Shown: positions 39,468 to 52,300 of the stretch, piece by piece
Layout: each line of letters starts with the position of its first letter
Numbering within the stretch: position 1 is the first letter of the stretch
DNA from: Halocafeteria seosinensis
Lineage: Eukaryota
NCBI GenBank assembly: GCA_001687465.1
Contig: LVLI01000341.1
Location: 62,001 to 126,000, forward strand
Direction: 5' to 3'
DNA length: 64,000 bases
Notes under the pieces: model-generated
What the model saw: only the letters and a program-made list of their open reading frames with translations
The model's database searches: none
Told to the model about the DNA's origin: nothing
Made by a program: the position numbers and the translations under genes

Positions 39468-40212
39468 TTCAGGGGGAGCTCTTAAACACGTATAATATTG
39501 TACAAAAGAGCCAACAAAACAATACCGGAGGTTCTCGTAGAATGTTGTCGGAAATCAATGGTTATGCACCACTTCTGCTACGTTATCAGCTCTTCATGTG
39601 TCGAACAATGAGGTATACAACCATGGGGCAGCAATACAATCAATACAATGGCGCAGAAAAGACTGTCTCGCACATACCCCCTTGAGTCAGTACCCAAGGT
39701 AGTGCAGTTCACGTCGGCCAGCTGACAACATTGGTCGAACAATTTGGTCCAGCAGGGCCATATGAAATAGTATGCATCGACAGTCGCCAATAGGAATTTG
39801 GTGCAAGAGTTTCGTGGTGATAAAAGCTATCGGATGGGATGGGGAAGTGATCTTTCTTGTGCTTATGGAATTCTTTACTTCGCGCACGTTATGAGGTTAG
39901 ACTGGAATTGACCACCTGTAGTCTCCCAAATGTCTAGAAACTTGGACTCAGTCAGTCACGTTGGCATTTCAATTTGTTTCTGGGAGAAGCATCATAGAGC
40001 CGTTACGACCTTCAAGCGAACAAAGGTATCGTGGACATGAAATGATAGACGTGGATGGTTTACGGTGAAAGTAGTAATTCTTCTACGTTACGCGATAGCT
40101 AATTCGACCCGCTCCTTCCCAGGAAGGACCTAAGAAGCGGTAAAACCCCAGCCAGCGGTCACATACATAATGCCCCGTTCACTACTGGATTTTACCAACA
40201 AACTTGCTCTAA

Positions 40213-40854
40213 TTATAATTCCGAGTCAGCCTGAATGTTCTCTACCTGCTTTACTTCTACATTTCCCCCTTCATGTGGCAGCGCTCTGAAAGCGTGGATA
40301 GCAACATGTTCGGCATCGTTCACACGTGCCTGAGAGGCACCCAAAGGTTTTCCCACCATGACGTCATCAAAAACAAAGAACAATAAGCAGAGTCAGTGCT
40401 TACCTTAACACGGAAGTTCGTGCCAGCAACCTGCATACAAACTAAGGTGTGGTCCAAAAGATACAGTGCATGTCAAAGTGGCGCTTCAACTTACAACTTG
40501 GGTTTTGTATTCAACCACTTCCAGCTTGTCAACATTCTTCCCAAGCTTCTCTTGTACAGAGCGCTTCATCTGTAATACATGAGAGAAATAAAGTTGAGGA
40601 TGGCTTTATGGCATGCTTTTCGGTCGGAATCATGCAGCCAGAGGGAGAAAAGATATCCCAAGATGTTGTTGGAGCGTCTTTTCCACATCGTTACTCCAAC
40701 TGCTTCATACCTCCCCGTAGAACAAGGGTACCATTAGCTTTCTTTATCGTTGAGTCCATACCTCATCTGTTTCGAAGTGACCGCGCACTTCGTCATCAGC
40801 CGGTTTGGCTTGTCCAAAGCCGCCAACCATTTGTCCTCCACCACCAAGAGACAT
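40213..40854 (-). CDS. Stefin (type-1 cystatin), 103 aa, 4 exons
   Basis: Exons 40854-40762, 40569-40495, 40430-40404 and 40329-40213 give MSLGGGGQMVGGFGQAKPADDEVRGHFETDE-MKRSVQEKLGKNVDKLEVVEYKTQV-VAGTNFRVK-ARVNDAEHVAIHAFRALPHEGGNVEVKQVENIQADSEL. It has QVVAG, the N-terminal GG and LP. Confidence 0.9.
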
Positions 40855-41097
40855 TTCCCGTATGGTCTAGTGCGAAAGAAAGAAAAGCACACAAAATGCT
40901 GACTTGGCTTTAAAAAATAAGGACTTCGCTTATCTTACGAGTTGAAACAAGCCTGTACATAATCGATGAATACATAGCAGCAAAGATACGGGTTGTTTGG
41001 TTTCTTCACAACTTCAACTAGACAATGCCCAATGCGTGTCTATTGAACACAGGCGAGGAAGGATCGAATAAGAGTAGCTAATACAATCTTTTTTGCG

Positions 41098-42295
41098 ATG
41101 GGACAGCGGCAGTGGTACTTGGTTGGAGCAACAGCTGGTGGATCTATCCTGGTCTGCTGCTTGTGGTGGTGGCGAAAGCACCGCCGAAGTCAGAAGAACG
41201 AAGAGGATGAGGATAATTCGACGTCCATGAACCAATTGCGGGAAGAATTGAGGAAATGGAAGTCACTCAGAGAAGAGGAGCGAAAAGGCCGAATACGAGC
41301 TGAGAAAGTATGTTGTGCTACTAGTTAGGGTGGCTCCCGCGTGCACGGTATAGCTTCATCTTGATTTGCAGCAATTGCAAGACAAAACGACGAAAGAGCA
41401 GGTAGCTCAAGGATATTCAATGCGGCCGATAGGAATTTTCCGGACCCCATTTCGCGATAGAAGAGGAACACCACGTCAAGGGGCATTTTGTCCCGCTGTA
41501 GAGGGTCAACTCATTCTGCATCCATCTATTGGACCCACTGCAGTAGAGAATCTGGAAGACTTCTCTCACGTCTGGGTCTTCTTTGCGTTCCATAAGAACA
41601 CAGGAAATAGAAGCACCAAAGACACGCATCAGGGTTTTAATTTCAAGGCAAAGATTGCTGCCCCTGGTCTGGCGGGGAAAACAACAGGTGCTTTGGCCAC
41701 TCGGACTCCTCATCGGCCGAATAACATTGGGCTCTCCCTCGTTAAGCTGGATTATATTGAAGAAAGGGAACTATCAGAAGAGGATATTCAACTTGGTTTG
41801 TACACTCCCTCTCTGGAAAACAGTCCGCAAGAGAAAAAGTATCGGCGTCGGTCTCGCCGCACAGTACTTCATTTCTCTGCCCTAGATCTCGTAGATGGAA
41901 CTCCTGTTTTTGATATTAAGCCGTTTGTTCCACTGTATGACTCTCCACCGGAACATGAATGCAGAGTACCTTCATGGATAGCAACTACTGCCCATGAAAG
42001 ACTAGGTGTAGTAATCCCTGAAGATGTTGTTGAACGAGCGACAGCGCTGCACACGGCCAGGGCTAAGGCCAAGTGGTGTTGTCACTCCTCCTCGGGTAAG
42101 ATGATTGAAGCACTTAAACAAATACTATCCTTGGATATCAGAAGCGTTCACCAGGGACGTGCTATAGGGAATGGTGAATCACCTTCCAAACATGAAAGTG
42201 ACACTTGTCCCTTCGAAGTGTGGTACGATAACCTTCATATAACGTGGAGACCAGGTACTCTAGACAATTTCCTTCATGTGTTAGACGTATCATGA
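41098..42295 (+). CDS. TRMO: tRNA (adenine-37-N6) methyltransferase TrmO/TsaA family, 2 exons
   Basis: PIG.FRTPF...GTPRQG, FSHVWV.F.FH, ATRTPHRPNNIGLS, DLVDGTPVFDIKP. Intron 41308-41371. Confidence 0.9.
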
Positions 42296-42635
42296 ATAAA
42301 AGACGTAACTCTTCCTACCTTTCTGAACCGTTGCTCTAGACGTCCACGGGTCATGCATTCCTGCGTCCCCACAGATTCTCCTTCGGCCCGAGCATCGGAT
42401 AAACAGTTCCGGCGACACAAAGCGAATGGCTCTCCCGAGTACGTACTACATAATGAAAGGGATTCGGATTGTTCACAGGCATCACCCTTGTCTTGAAAAA
42501 CTCTAACATTTTCAAGGCGTTCCACTATTTGATTCTGGGCTGATGGTACAAGACAACGTCGTCTTGACTCTCCCATTACGTACTATCAAGAGCTTGGCCC
42601 TCGCGTTCATTCATATATTACCTTCATCGTAAATA

Positions 42636-43571
42636 ATGCCAGCCAAAAGTACGAGTGGAAAAAAAGTGCTGCCTAAGAAAGCAGCACCGTTCCGGGAAGG
42701 CTTTATTCAGAGCAATGGGGGTCTAACCCTGGCTGCGTCACTTGGATTAGTCTTCATTCATACAAAAGGTGCAGAATGGTGGACTGAACTCTACGATTCT
42801 GTGGGTCCATACTGGAGTATATTCGTCACTATTTTCGTCATACCGAATATCTGCTTCCTTACTGTTGCTGGGTCGTATGCATTTCTGGATTTGGTTCCTG
42901 CGTTACAGAAGTGGGCTCTGCAGTATAAGACTCAGCCCAATGAACCCCCTCCCACGTGGTCTGAATATGCCTGGTGCGCTTTCATTGTGCTCAAGAACAT
43001 CATCTTGGTGGAAATACCCCTCTCCTACTGTTATTCGGAATTCTTGTTGCGATTTGGAGGACCTCTACGAGAACTTCCATCAATATGGACGTCACTGTCG
43101 GTGCTTCTCGTGTCAGCGATACTCGTTGATGTCATTTTCTTTTCGATGCACAAGCTCATGCATCATCCTATATTTTACAAGCATTTCCATAAGCAGCATC
43201 ATCAGTTTACTGCTCCTTGTGCATGGTCTGCCAAGTATTGCACGATGACAGAACATCTACTTGTCAACCTTCTCGCCGTTATCACTGGTAGCTGGATTCT
43301 ACGAGCTCACCCGCTAGTGGTCATGATATGGACGTCGATTGCCACGACCAATGCAACTTGTGTACATTCTGGATACGACGTTTCTAACTTTTTCCCCAAT
43401 CCGTATGCCCATGACTGGCACCACGAGAAGTGGTCAGAGAATTTCGGCTCAGTGGGGTTCATGGATGATATATGTGGAACTAATGAAGGATTCAAACAGA
43501 TGCTAATACCTGCTCACCTTTATTATAAAGATTATCATCCGCTGTATGTTGCCAAACGTAAAGAAATATGA
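42636..43571 (+). CDS. Fatty acid hydroxylase / sterol desaturase superfamily (FAXDC2/SMO-like)
   Basis: His boxes HKLMH, HKQHH, HSGY and HDWHH followed by NFG; transmembrane segments. Confidence 0.88.
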   Translation: MPAKSTSGKKVLPKKAAPFREGFIQSNGGLTLAASLGLVFIHTKGAEWWTELYDSVGPYWSIFVTIFVIPNICFLTVAGSYAFLDLVPALQKWALQYKTQPNEPPPTWSEYAWCAFIVLKNIILVEIPLSYCYSEFLLRFGGPLRELPSIWTSLSVLLVSAILVDVIFFSMHKLMHHPIFYKHFHKQHHQFTAPCAWSAKYCTMTEHLLVNLLAVITGSWILRAHPLVVMIWTSIATTNATCVHSGYDVSNFFPNPYAHDWHHEKWSENFGSVGFMDDICGTNEGFKQMLIPAHLYYKDYHPLYVAKRKEI

Positions 43572-43910
43572 GTTTGCACCACTGAGTTGCCGTTCTTGGG
43601 ATAGACATCAGGAGACATTCCTCGGCAACAACGTGTTTCTGCGCCTGTATTAATCGTAAATTTATTTGATAAATTGGCAGCAGTCTATTGATCTATCTGA
43701 AATGTTCATATATTCCAGTTTTCTTTCAAATTCTGTCAGTGACGCATGAAGGTAGCATCACTACTGGCGCAGCTATGACATAAAGAAGTACCTTGGAACT
43801 GCGCAATAGGTATATGCATTGCTTAATGCCAATTTAGCATCCTGGAGTGTTCGGCAATACTCTTTTCCTTTTAGGCGCCGTATGAGAAGATTCCCTAGCC
43901 ATTGAGCAGC

Positions 43911-44489
43911 CTACGGCGAGGAGTTAGAGTCCCGTCTTATTGGTCGAGAGACGTTTGTGCCGCTGCATCGTCTCATGGCCACCGTAAACCGAAAGGCGTT
44001 TCCACCTTCACGAACATCTTGAGTTGGGAATGAGGGAGAAGCCGACGGCGTTGCTTTGGAGACAGTGAGCTTTAGAAAAAACGTCCCGCAAGGAAGATGA
44101 GTGCTAATTGTACCTGCGAATTCCATACGTTTCGTGTCTAAATCTCCTGTAAGCCCGACAGAGGTGTAGGCGCAGTCATTCGAAAAATTCACACCTGTGG
44201 GCTCCATATTCAGCTTTTTGCTTGAAAACTTGGGTAGTACTCCCTCCACCTCATAAGATCCTCCACATTTACTATCTTCATGATAGTAGTTGAAATTTGC
44301 ATCCACCGTATTACCTTTCGTCTTCGTTATTTCGAGCTCCAGAGAAGTCCATCCTTGCGAACACAAGTATTCCCCCTTCCAAACTTGACCAGGCTGAAAA
44401 ATATCTACGTACATTGGCGCGGCAAGGCATCTCTCGCGGAGAATACCCAGAAAAGTGATCAAAGCTGTAACGAAGGCTTCTCTTCTCAT
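43911..44489 (-). CDS. Secreted hypothetical beta-rich protein; 3' end may be spliced
   Basis: Signal peptide; WKGEYLCSQG motif; Ser/Pro linker. A possible acceptor near 43911 means the true stop is uncertain. Confidence 0.6.
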   Translation of the reverse strand: MRREAFVTALITFLGILRERCLAAPMYVDIFQPGQVWKGEYLCSQGWTSLELEITKTKGNTVDANFNYYHEDSKCGGSYEVEGVLPKFSSKKLNMEPTGVNFSNDCAYTSVGLTGDLDTKRMEFAGTISTHLPCGTFFLKLTVSKATPSASPSFPTQDVREGGNAFRFTVAMRRCSGTNVSRPIRRDSNSSP

Positions 44490-44981
44490 TATCGGATATT
44501 TCCCGCCTTCAAACCTTTCTATCGATCAAACAGATGATATTCTTCGTGTTGATAATGTTCGTTCGGTGCTTATAGTGTTACCGTCCGCCGAGTCGGGGGG
44601 ACACCTGACCAAACGTCATACGGTAGGAGCAATACCAAATACACACACCTGACCAAACTGCAAAAGAGCCGCGGAGCGGGATATCCAGAATTTCTATTCT
44701 GAGCTGGTATACAATTGGTGGCTCTCGAGCACCTCAACATCAGTGGCACTCGGTATCAGAACATAAGCATCGTGTATAGCAGAGGAGAGACGCTGCATCT
44801 AAACAGTCCCACCAACATTTAATAATACAGCTGGCTTACTTGCGGCGCCGAGGCGGCAAACTTTTGTGCCAGCGCCGTATTTGTACAATTGTAATGCAAT
44901 GCTTGCAGGGTTTGTCGTCACTTTAGTTTCACTGATATATGATACAACTTGTTATCAGTTTGCGCTTGTTATAGGGGAAAT

Positions 44982-45730
44982 ATGTCAGCCAATAACACAG
45001 GATCCAGCACCACCCCTGGAGGGGCAGGAGCCCACAGTCAGGATGTTCATATGAGTGGTACAGAGGCTTCCAAGACACAAGAGCAACAAGCAAAGGCTCA
45101 GAATGACCCATCCAGAAATGAAGAGGAAGAGGAGGAAGAAGACGATGAGGAAGAAAGCTCTAGTGAGGAAGGGTCTTCCGAGGAAGATGAATCCGATTCT
45201 GGAGACGAGGATACACATGCAGAAGGAGATAAGGACACATATTTTCAGGTACGCAATAAGAGGACGCCTGCTACTGTTAGGTTGCTTCATGGTCTCTTTC
45301 TATCATGCTCTGCTGCAGTTTCCACTGGCGACAGTGAAATATTGCCTTAGGAAAGGTGGCTGTGAACCTTCGGATGAAGCAGCGTACGCAATGCATTACT
45401 TATCAGTGGTGTTATTGAATCACCTCCTTACTATTCAATTGCTCCTGACCTGACAGGGTGAAATTCGCTGCATTCCTAGGGGATAGATTTGGACAGAGTA
45501 TTTTACGAGACGTGTTGGACAGAATCCAACCGCATCCAGCAGTCGAGATGTCTCCCCAAGGTACTCGAGTATTAACACGTGATACCCTGTTCGAAGCGTA
45601 CGTTCATTCTTATTGTGTGTCGTCTCCACTCTCGGAAAATTTTATTTGGGAAACGTTTAGCCATTGCAGATTCAGCCAGATAGGTCTCTCACTACCTAAG
45701 TCATCATACCATATGGATGCCGACAGTTGA
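44982..45730 (+). CDS. TAF10: TAF10-like histone-fold protein with acidic N-terminus, 4 exons
   Basis: Spliced product FPLATVKYCLRKGGCEPSDEAAVKFAAFLGDRFGQSILRDVL...VLTRDTLFEAFSQIGLSLPKSSY parallels the TAF10 pattern (IPD.V..YL...GF...D....L......KF..DI..DA ... LT.EDL..AL...GI...KP.Y). Three GT-AG introns. Confidence 0.7.
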
Positions 45731-45787
45731 GACTGCTACAAATGTATATGCGCAAGGGAGCTTCGTAGTTGAAATGTTCCATTGATA

Positions 45788-46881
45788 TTACGATCCTTGG
45801 TCTAAATTAGCTAATGCTTGCTTAACAAACCTGGCTGCAGTTTGCGGATGCAGCAGCTTTTTCGGTTCTAGACCTTCCTTTTCGCTCAAGTTATAGACTT
45901 CGGTAATTGTGACGGGAGTAATAAACGCAGAAGATGCTCTAAGCGCTTCAATGACATTCGCTACGCGAGCGATTCTTAATCGGGCCTCTGGTTTTATCTG
46001 TCTGTTAGCCATGAGTTCACGCTTTTTCTCTACTGCATGAGCTATGCCTGCCTCCACATTCTTCTTTAATTCCTCTTTCTCTTCCGCCGACATGGATGTT
46101 TCAGCGTCCAAATCAAAGGTCTCAGTGAGCCAAATGTATCCGTTATTTCCTAATATCACATCCACTTGGCATGGTAACGTGATGAAGTGCTGTTTCAGCC
46201 TCTTTATCAAGGCAGGAGGAACACGGAGAAAGACCCCGTTTTCCAACTTGCCATACTTCAGCGACCGTGCGTGGAGAGCCATACCTCCATCCTCATAGTA
46301 AGAATGAACATCAGCCTGCGTACAACCGATCCAACCCCGGCAATCATTCTTAAACGACAAACAGGAAATGTAAATAAGTATTGGTCACTTACGCTGACCA
46401 GATCATGTTCTGACAAAATACTTCTCATCTGTAATTGGTCCTCCGTTGTCCGTCTTCGCTGAACTCCCCCAGAGAGATTTATCGACGACAGCATCAGGAT
46501 GGCATGCTGCCGAGCATTAACATCGACTGTCCATCGTTTGGATCCCACCTCCACAATACGGCCGACTACCACATCTCCTACTTCGCCTACGTATCGTGAA
46601 CTAATTGGCTGTACAGAAATCAAGCGATTCACGCGTTGGACGAGTCCGGCTACGTTAGCGTACAGGGCTCCATTTTGGACATACGTTCCGTGTCCTCGCA
46701 GGTTCCCCGCTTCCGGACAAATGTACGAGCCGGGAGTAACCACAACATTGTTTGTGGCAAGCATGCCTTCATCAGCGCCCTCTACTTCATCGGAGTGTTG
46801 CTGGGTTTGGGAGTCCGTCCTTCGTTGCTCCAGCGCAGCTTCGCGCTGTGCCGCTATCGATGCTGCTCCACTGGTCGACAT
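45788..46881 (-). CDS. RRP4: Exosome complex component RRP4, 2 exons
   Basis: RGHGTY, RYVGEVGDVVVGRI, LHARSLKYGKL, ILGNNGYIW. Intron 46316-46392. Confidence 0.95.
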
Positions 46882-47118
46882 TATTATTAGTAAACCGGGA
46901 AGCTATAGAACTAAGCACCAAACATAGCACTTCATTCATGTGCTGGATATAGACACTTCTCTAGGTGAGTCCAACAAAAGTTTGTCCGGTGTCAGACTGG
47001 TCTCTACAAACCAAGCTTTATTGAGCTATTTAGCGTCTCTCGGAGACCATTGTTTCAACATAGGTTCGATTATATAGTGTCCTATGGTAGTATAGTGCAT
47101 GCGGGTTTGATAAAAATC

Positions 47119-49332
47119 ATGTATCGCATTCGATCTCGTCTCCCAAAGAGGGGACAATGGGTCTGGAACCAGCCCCAAACCGCACATTATGGTCCTCAAA
47201 CTCTATGTCAGCAAGTCTCTCATGGTCCCCCCGTCTCTTCACTTCGTGTCAGTTGCCAAGGATACTCGCAGTCTATTATCCTGGGTGAAAAAGAGGACAC
47301 AGAGGATGAGCAAGGAGGGAAGATCTCGGTAAAGCAAGTGTTTGGCCAAGATGAGAGGGAATTAGCCAGGCATTTATCCCAACAAGTCCATGGGGAGGGT
47401 GATTCAGCGTCCCCAGGTGGGGCCACAAAGTCTTCCTCAGCACGAGAGAGGGAGGAAGCGGAACTCCATGGAGGACCCAAAGTGGCCACGGAATCGATCG
47501 CGGACGATGAAGAGAAACGAGATAAACCACCTTTGGGAGACATATCGGCACAATCTTTGGATCGAGCGAAAGAGGCAGTTGATACGGGCACGATAGGAAC
47601 ACAATACGATCCGTCAGTAGATAAACTGATGCGCTCTTTAGAACGCGAGTATGACAATTCTCAATCGACCCGAACGGTGCACGCCGATGGCCCCGAATTT
47701 CCTCGGCAAGATCCCCATGCACCAGATAGGAGATGGTCTTACCTGTCTATGACAAGGGAACTGAGGGATGAAACATACGTTCCTAAGAATCCCTACATGT
47801 CTAATGTCATCTATGATACAAACTATATTCACGATGATCATACTATTCTAAACGTGAGTGATGTGTGCATATCTGTCGGAGATTATCTTCTTCATTCATT
47901 AGTATTGCGATTCACAGCATACACACGAGCAACGGGGAAAGTATTTTCCATTAGCTGAGGAAGGAAAGCTCCAACAGTCTTTTCCCGAAGGACTTCCAGG
48001 GGAGCTCCAAGATGAATTTGAATTAACAGGTAGCAACATGATGATGATAAGGAGACAAGGATTAGATTTAGTTCAAGAGTTGCAACAATTCAAATCCCGG
48101 GATCCTGAGGAAATACAGACGACAAACAAACAAAGTACGTTGAGAAATGACGGTCAGGTGTATATAGAGAACTTAGCTGGTAATATACGTGCCTGTGTCT
48201 CTCGTTTTGTACGATTGCAGTTTTGGACAGAATGAGAAGCGACCCCGTGAATGGTTACAAGGATTTGTCAAACGCAGGAATTCCGTTCCGCTTGCTTATG
48301 GGTCCTCGTGGTACCGGAAAGTCTGCAATCCTTGCATATGCGTTGCAGTATGCGCGACAAAATGACTGGCTGACAGTGAGCCTTCCTTCAAGCTTCAAAA
48401 TCACCCAACAGCCGGAAATTACTGTTCCTTCTCAAACCCGTCCGGGATTTGTAGACCAACCTGACTTCTCTTACGATATGCTACGCCACATTGGCTTGCT
48501 TCATACGGAGCAATTAAGGAAAATCCCGCAAAGAAGAGTATACAGCCGGGACCGTTACCTGCCTTCTGAAGAAGATGACACTGTTGTCCAAACGAAATTA
48601 GAAATGAAGCAACAGGAGCGCGCCGAGAGAGCGAAAATGAAAGCCCAAGTTGAGTCTCAAGGGCAGACATGGGATCCGTCTGCATACAAAAGCAAAATTC
48701 CTGAGTATCTTGATGCGCAAGAAGTGGACAGATCTCACACGACTCTATACCACTTGGTGCAATGGGGGATTAAGCACCCTGCACATTCTACCGATTGTTT
48801 GTTGGATCTACTTGAAGAACTCAAACTTGTTACGGAATATCCTGTGTTAGTGGCCGTAGATCAGCTAAATTGGCTCTACGAGCCTGTTTCTATACGACTT
48901 AATGAAAAGAGGTGAGTGGAGTTTCTGCTGCTATTCCTTGACATGATAAATTCACCTTGAGAGTTGCTCGTTTGCAGAATCGAACCGTCGCAAGTGAGCC
49001 TTGCTAGTGCATTTCGTTGTCTTGATGAACGAGGCTTCACACCGAATCAAAGCTATAAGCGAGGCTACTTTATTGCGGCAGACAGCTACCGGCATAATTA
49101 CTTTTGCCGAATGTATGACTATGCGCGGTACCCACGGGGTACGCATGTTCCTGTAGACCCCTTAAATCGCCAGGAGATACACTACCAATTGCTCCATTAC
49201 CATCATAGTGGAAACTTCTGGGAAGTGAGAAACCGCGAAGACGTTGACAGTCATTCTGTTGATTACTATAGAACCCTAACAGATGGGAATTCGAGGGAGC
49301 TTAGGAAGGCGGCTATGGCTGTTTTTGCATAG
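47119..49332 (+). CDS. DAP3: Mitochondrial ribosomal protein mS29 (DAP3), multi-exon
   Basis: Presequence; FPEGLPG...EF; Walker A GPRGTGKS; ARQNDWL; Walker B YPVLVAVDQLN; GNSREL. Several short introns. Confidence 0.82.
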
Positions 49333-49397
49333 CGAGAAAAATAGACATACCACTTTGAACTGGAGATGATGATACTAACGATGTAGGTGAAATATCA

Positions 49398-52300
49398 TTA
49401 TTTGTGTGGCGGGCTAACCGTTGTCCCGGCCGCTTGACGCATTACGTATTCGAGTCTCGGTTTCGGCGAAATCGGCCAGTCACGATATTGCGACAGATCA
49501 AGACGTTCTGGAGATACAGACAAGTTTCCACTACGAGCTCTCGACAGCTTCTTTTTGCTTCCCAGGCTAGATCGTGAGTCACTCTGCTGAAGACTTGTTG
49601 ATCCGCTGTCGTTGTCGTCGTTGGCAATGTCGTTCTTACACATTTCCTCAATATATGCGGGAGGAAGTTTGGCCAGGATCGTACTGTAGTATTTTGGAGC
49701 CAGTTGGTTTGACCTAAACTCGGAGAGGTCGAGGCGTTTATGGGAGTTTCCTTGTTTCCCGCTAGGCTCTCTCTCGCAAGTTATCTTCCAATATTCCTTC
49801 CATGTACGAGCACTGTGTGTGGTTTGGCGCGAAGTCTTGCTGAAATATGCCACAGCATCCCATTCGTTTAGTTTAGAATAAGTACGAGAGCTATTCAACG
49901 TAGAGCTACCGGAGGAATGGTAGCTGGAACTGGGAGAGACATTCTGACTGTCAGTGGTAGCAATATGAGTGGTAGAGCTCAAAGCTTTCTTCCTTTCGTT
50001 TTCTTCGAGAGTTCGATTGACATTCAGCCTGTGATTCTCGCGGTAGATGTGCCGATCTGTTTCCAAGTTCTCTATGTCACGGGATTTCATGTCATGATGG
50101 TTGTGTACAACATTCCTCTCAGTAATATAGTTCTTCACAACTTCAGACTCATGATTTCCCTCGATATGATGCGCATTCACTTTTCCGACAGAAAGTTGTG
50201 TTGCGCCTGTGCTCTTAGGAGCGGCATATCGGAAGTGGACGCTGTTCAGCCGTCTTGGCTGATTGCGAGGAGCAACAATTTTTGGCTCAGAGAACGGTCT
50301 CGTAGGTATAAAGGTGCCGTCCGCGATTGTGGTGGTTTGATCAGCATGGCTCGATACTGGTCGGTGGTTACCATTTTCCACACTCTCACTCGACGATTGC
50401 TTCCACTCTGTTGCAACATTGTTCGACGACGTGTGAATCGCTGATAACTCCGCAACGGCTGTTTCACGCCGCGTTTCAACGGCGTTGTTGCTGTTCTGAC
50501 CGCTTTGCTGCAATCTTGGCGACGGGCTCGTCCAATCCTCTCCAGTACCGCTTTCGCTTGGGGCCGAGTGGTGCGATCCCGAGGTATGCTCGTCGCCATC
50601 AGCTTCCGTGCTGATAGAGAAATGTTGCTGCCTGCTATAACTTTGGTCTTCATTCTCGGCTTTCATACACATATGTCCACCATACGAAGCAACTTCTTCA
50701 TGCTTAGCAGCACTATCAGCATTCGTTTTATCCTCTTCAACCATGTCACCACCAGTGCGAATACTTTTCTCTTCAGCATAGTCTTCCGCTCCATTCGGCA
50801 CGTTTCTAGACGTAGGAAAGGAATCATCCGTATGTATGCTTGTATAAGGTTCAGTCGAATCTTTATTGTCGATATTACCTTGTTCATCCATTTCATTGTG
50901 AAAAGCTTCATTACTTGACAGATCCGCTATGTCTTGGACGTGTGCTTCGGACATGTAGGACTGGTCCGCCGAAGGGTACGTAGCTCCTACGTTGTTGCTC
51001 TTATCACTCTCCCCAGAATCGGGTAAACCATAGTCCCCCATAGCACATTCATGAATACTCTCCTCAGTGGCGCGATCACGTAGTTGTGCAGACGAAGAAA
51101 CCCCGCTTACAGCAGCAGAAACAGCGGTTTCAGTGTAAGCCGTGGATGCACACACTGTATGTGTGCTCATTTCTTGGCTTTGATAGTACGTTTCTATATG
51201 CTCCTCGGAAGCGCCATTGAAATCCGCGCCCTTAGAATGCACATCTGTGACGTTCTCACGATCTGTGGAAAATGGTAGTTCTGAACTCGTCCTTGCGTCC
51301 TCTACTAAGGCATGACTTCCGTGTTGCTCCTCTCTCTCATGGTCAGTTGGGCCATCGCTAGTGTACGATTGCACCGATGGCATGGTAGCTTCTTCGCGCA
51401 TATAATCACGAAATTTAGAAGAGGCCTCGTCTTCAGACAACTTCCTTCCCGTCTCTGGCGTAGGATCGTTACGGTTAGTTTTGTCTGCAGAAGCTTCAGT
51501 TACACTTGCATCAGCTACCTCGGACTCGGAAGCTGGATCCCTTGCACTACTAACGTGTGCGTCTTCGCTTACTCTGGCTTGGTTCATACTCTGTGGCTGC
51601 TCCTCGGAAATGTCCTTCACTTTCGGCAGACTGGTGTTAGTGACTGACGGGGAAATTTCATCTCCACCTTGAGTCTCCTGTTCATCTTGTGAAAGTGCGG
51701 TAACAGCCGTGGTTCTCTGCTCTTGCTGCTGAGAAACGGCCTGAGATTGGAAGTTCGTAACGGTCTTCACTTCGCTGAGCCGTTGCGCATGCGATCCTTC
51801 ATGTTGAGAGCTAGACAAATCAGGGAGCTCCATGTCAATCTTATTCCGCGTTAGATGACCTATGCTTTCTCCAGTGAACTTAGTCACAGTAGTTGCCTCC
51901 TGCTGACGTTGTTCGGACGTCTGCTGCGAGTACGTTTTAAATTCGCTATGTTGTGTATAGGATTCTTCATGTTTGGAGTGCGATAGCAATGAGCCCGACG
52001 CCTGCACTTTCTGTTGGCTACTGCGTCTATTTTGGGACGTCCTAGTGTAGCTATGGCTTTGCTGCGTTGTCCTCGTCTCACTCTTCGACATCTGCATGGT
52101 TCCCGAACGACTAGTAACTGCTGAAGTTGTTTTTCCCGACGAGGTTACAACACGACTCTCCGCCTGTGACACAGCTTGCTTGGTCCGCACATTGCTCCCA
52201 GCTCTGCCGCCAGTTAACTTCTTCGTCGCAGGTGGCCGAGGTTGTGCCTTGGCACCGACCTTGCTGGTTTTTGTATCGTTGGTCGATGAGCTTTGTTGCT

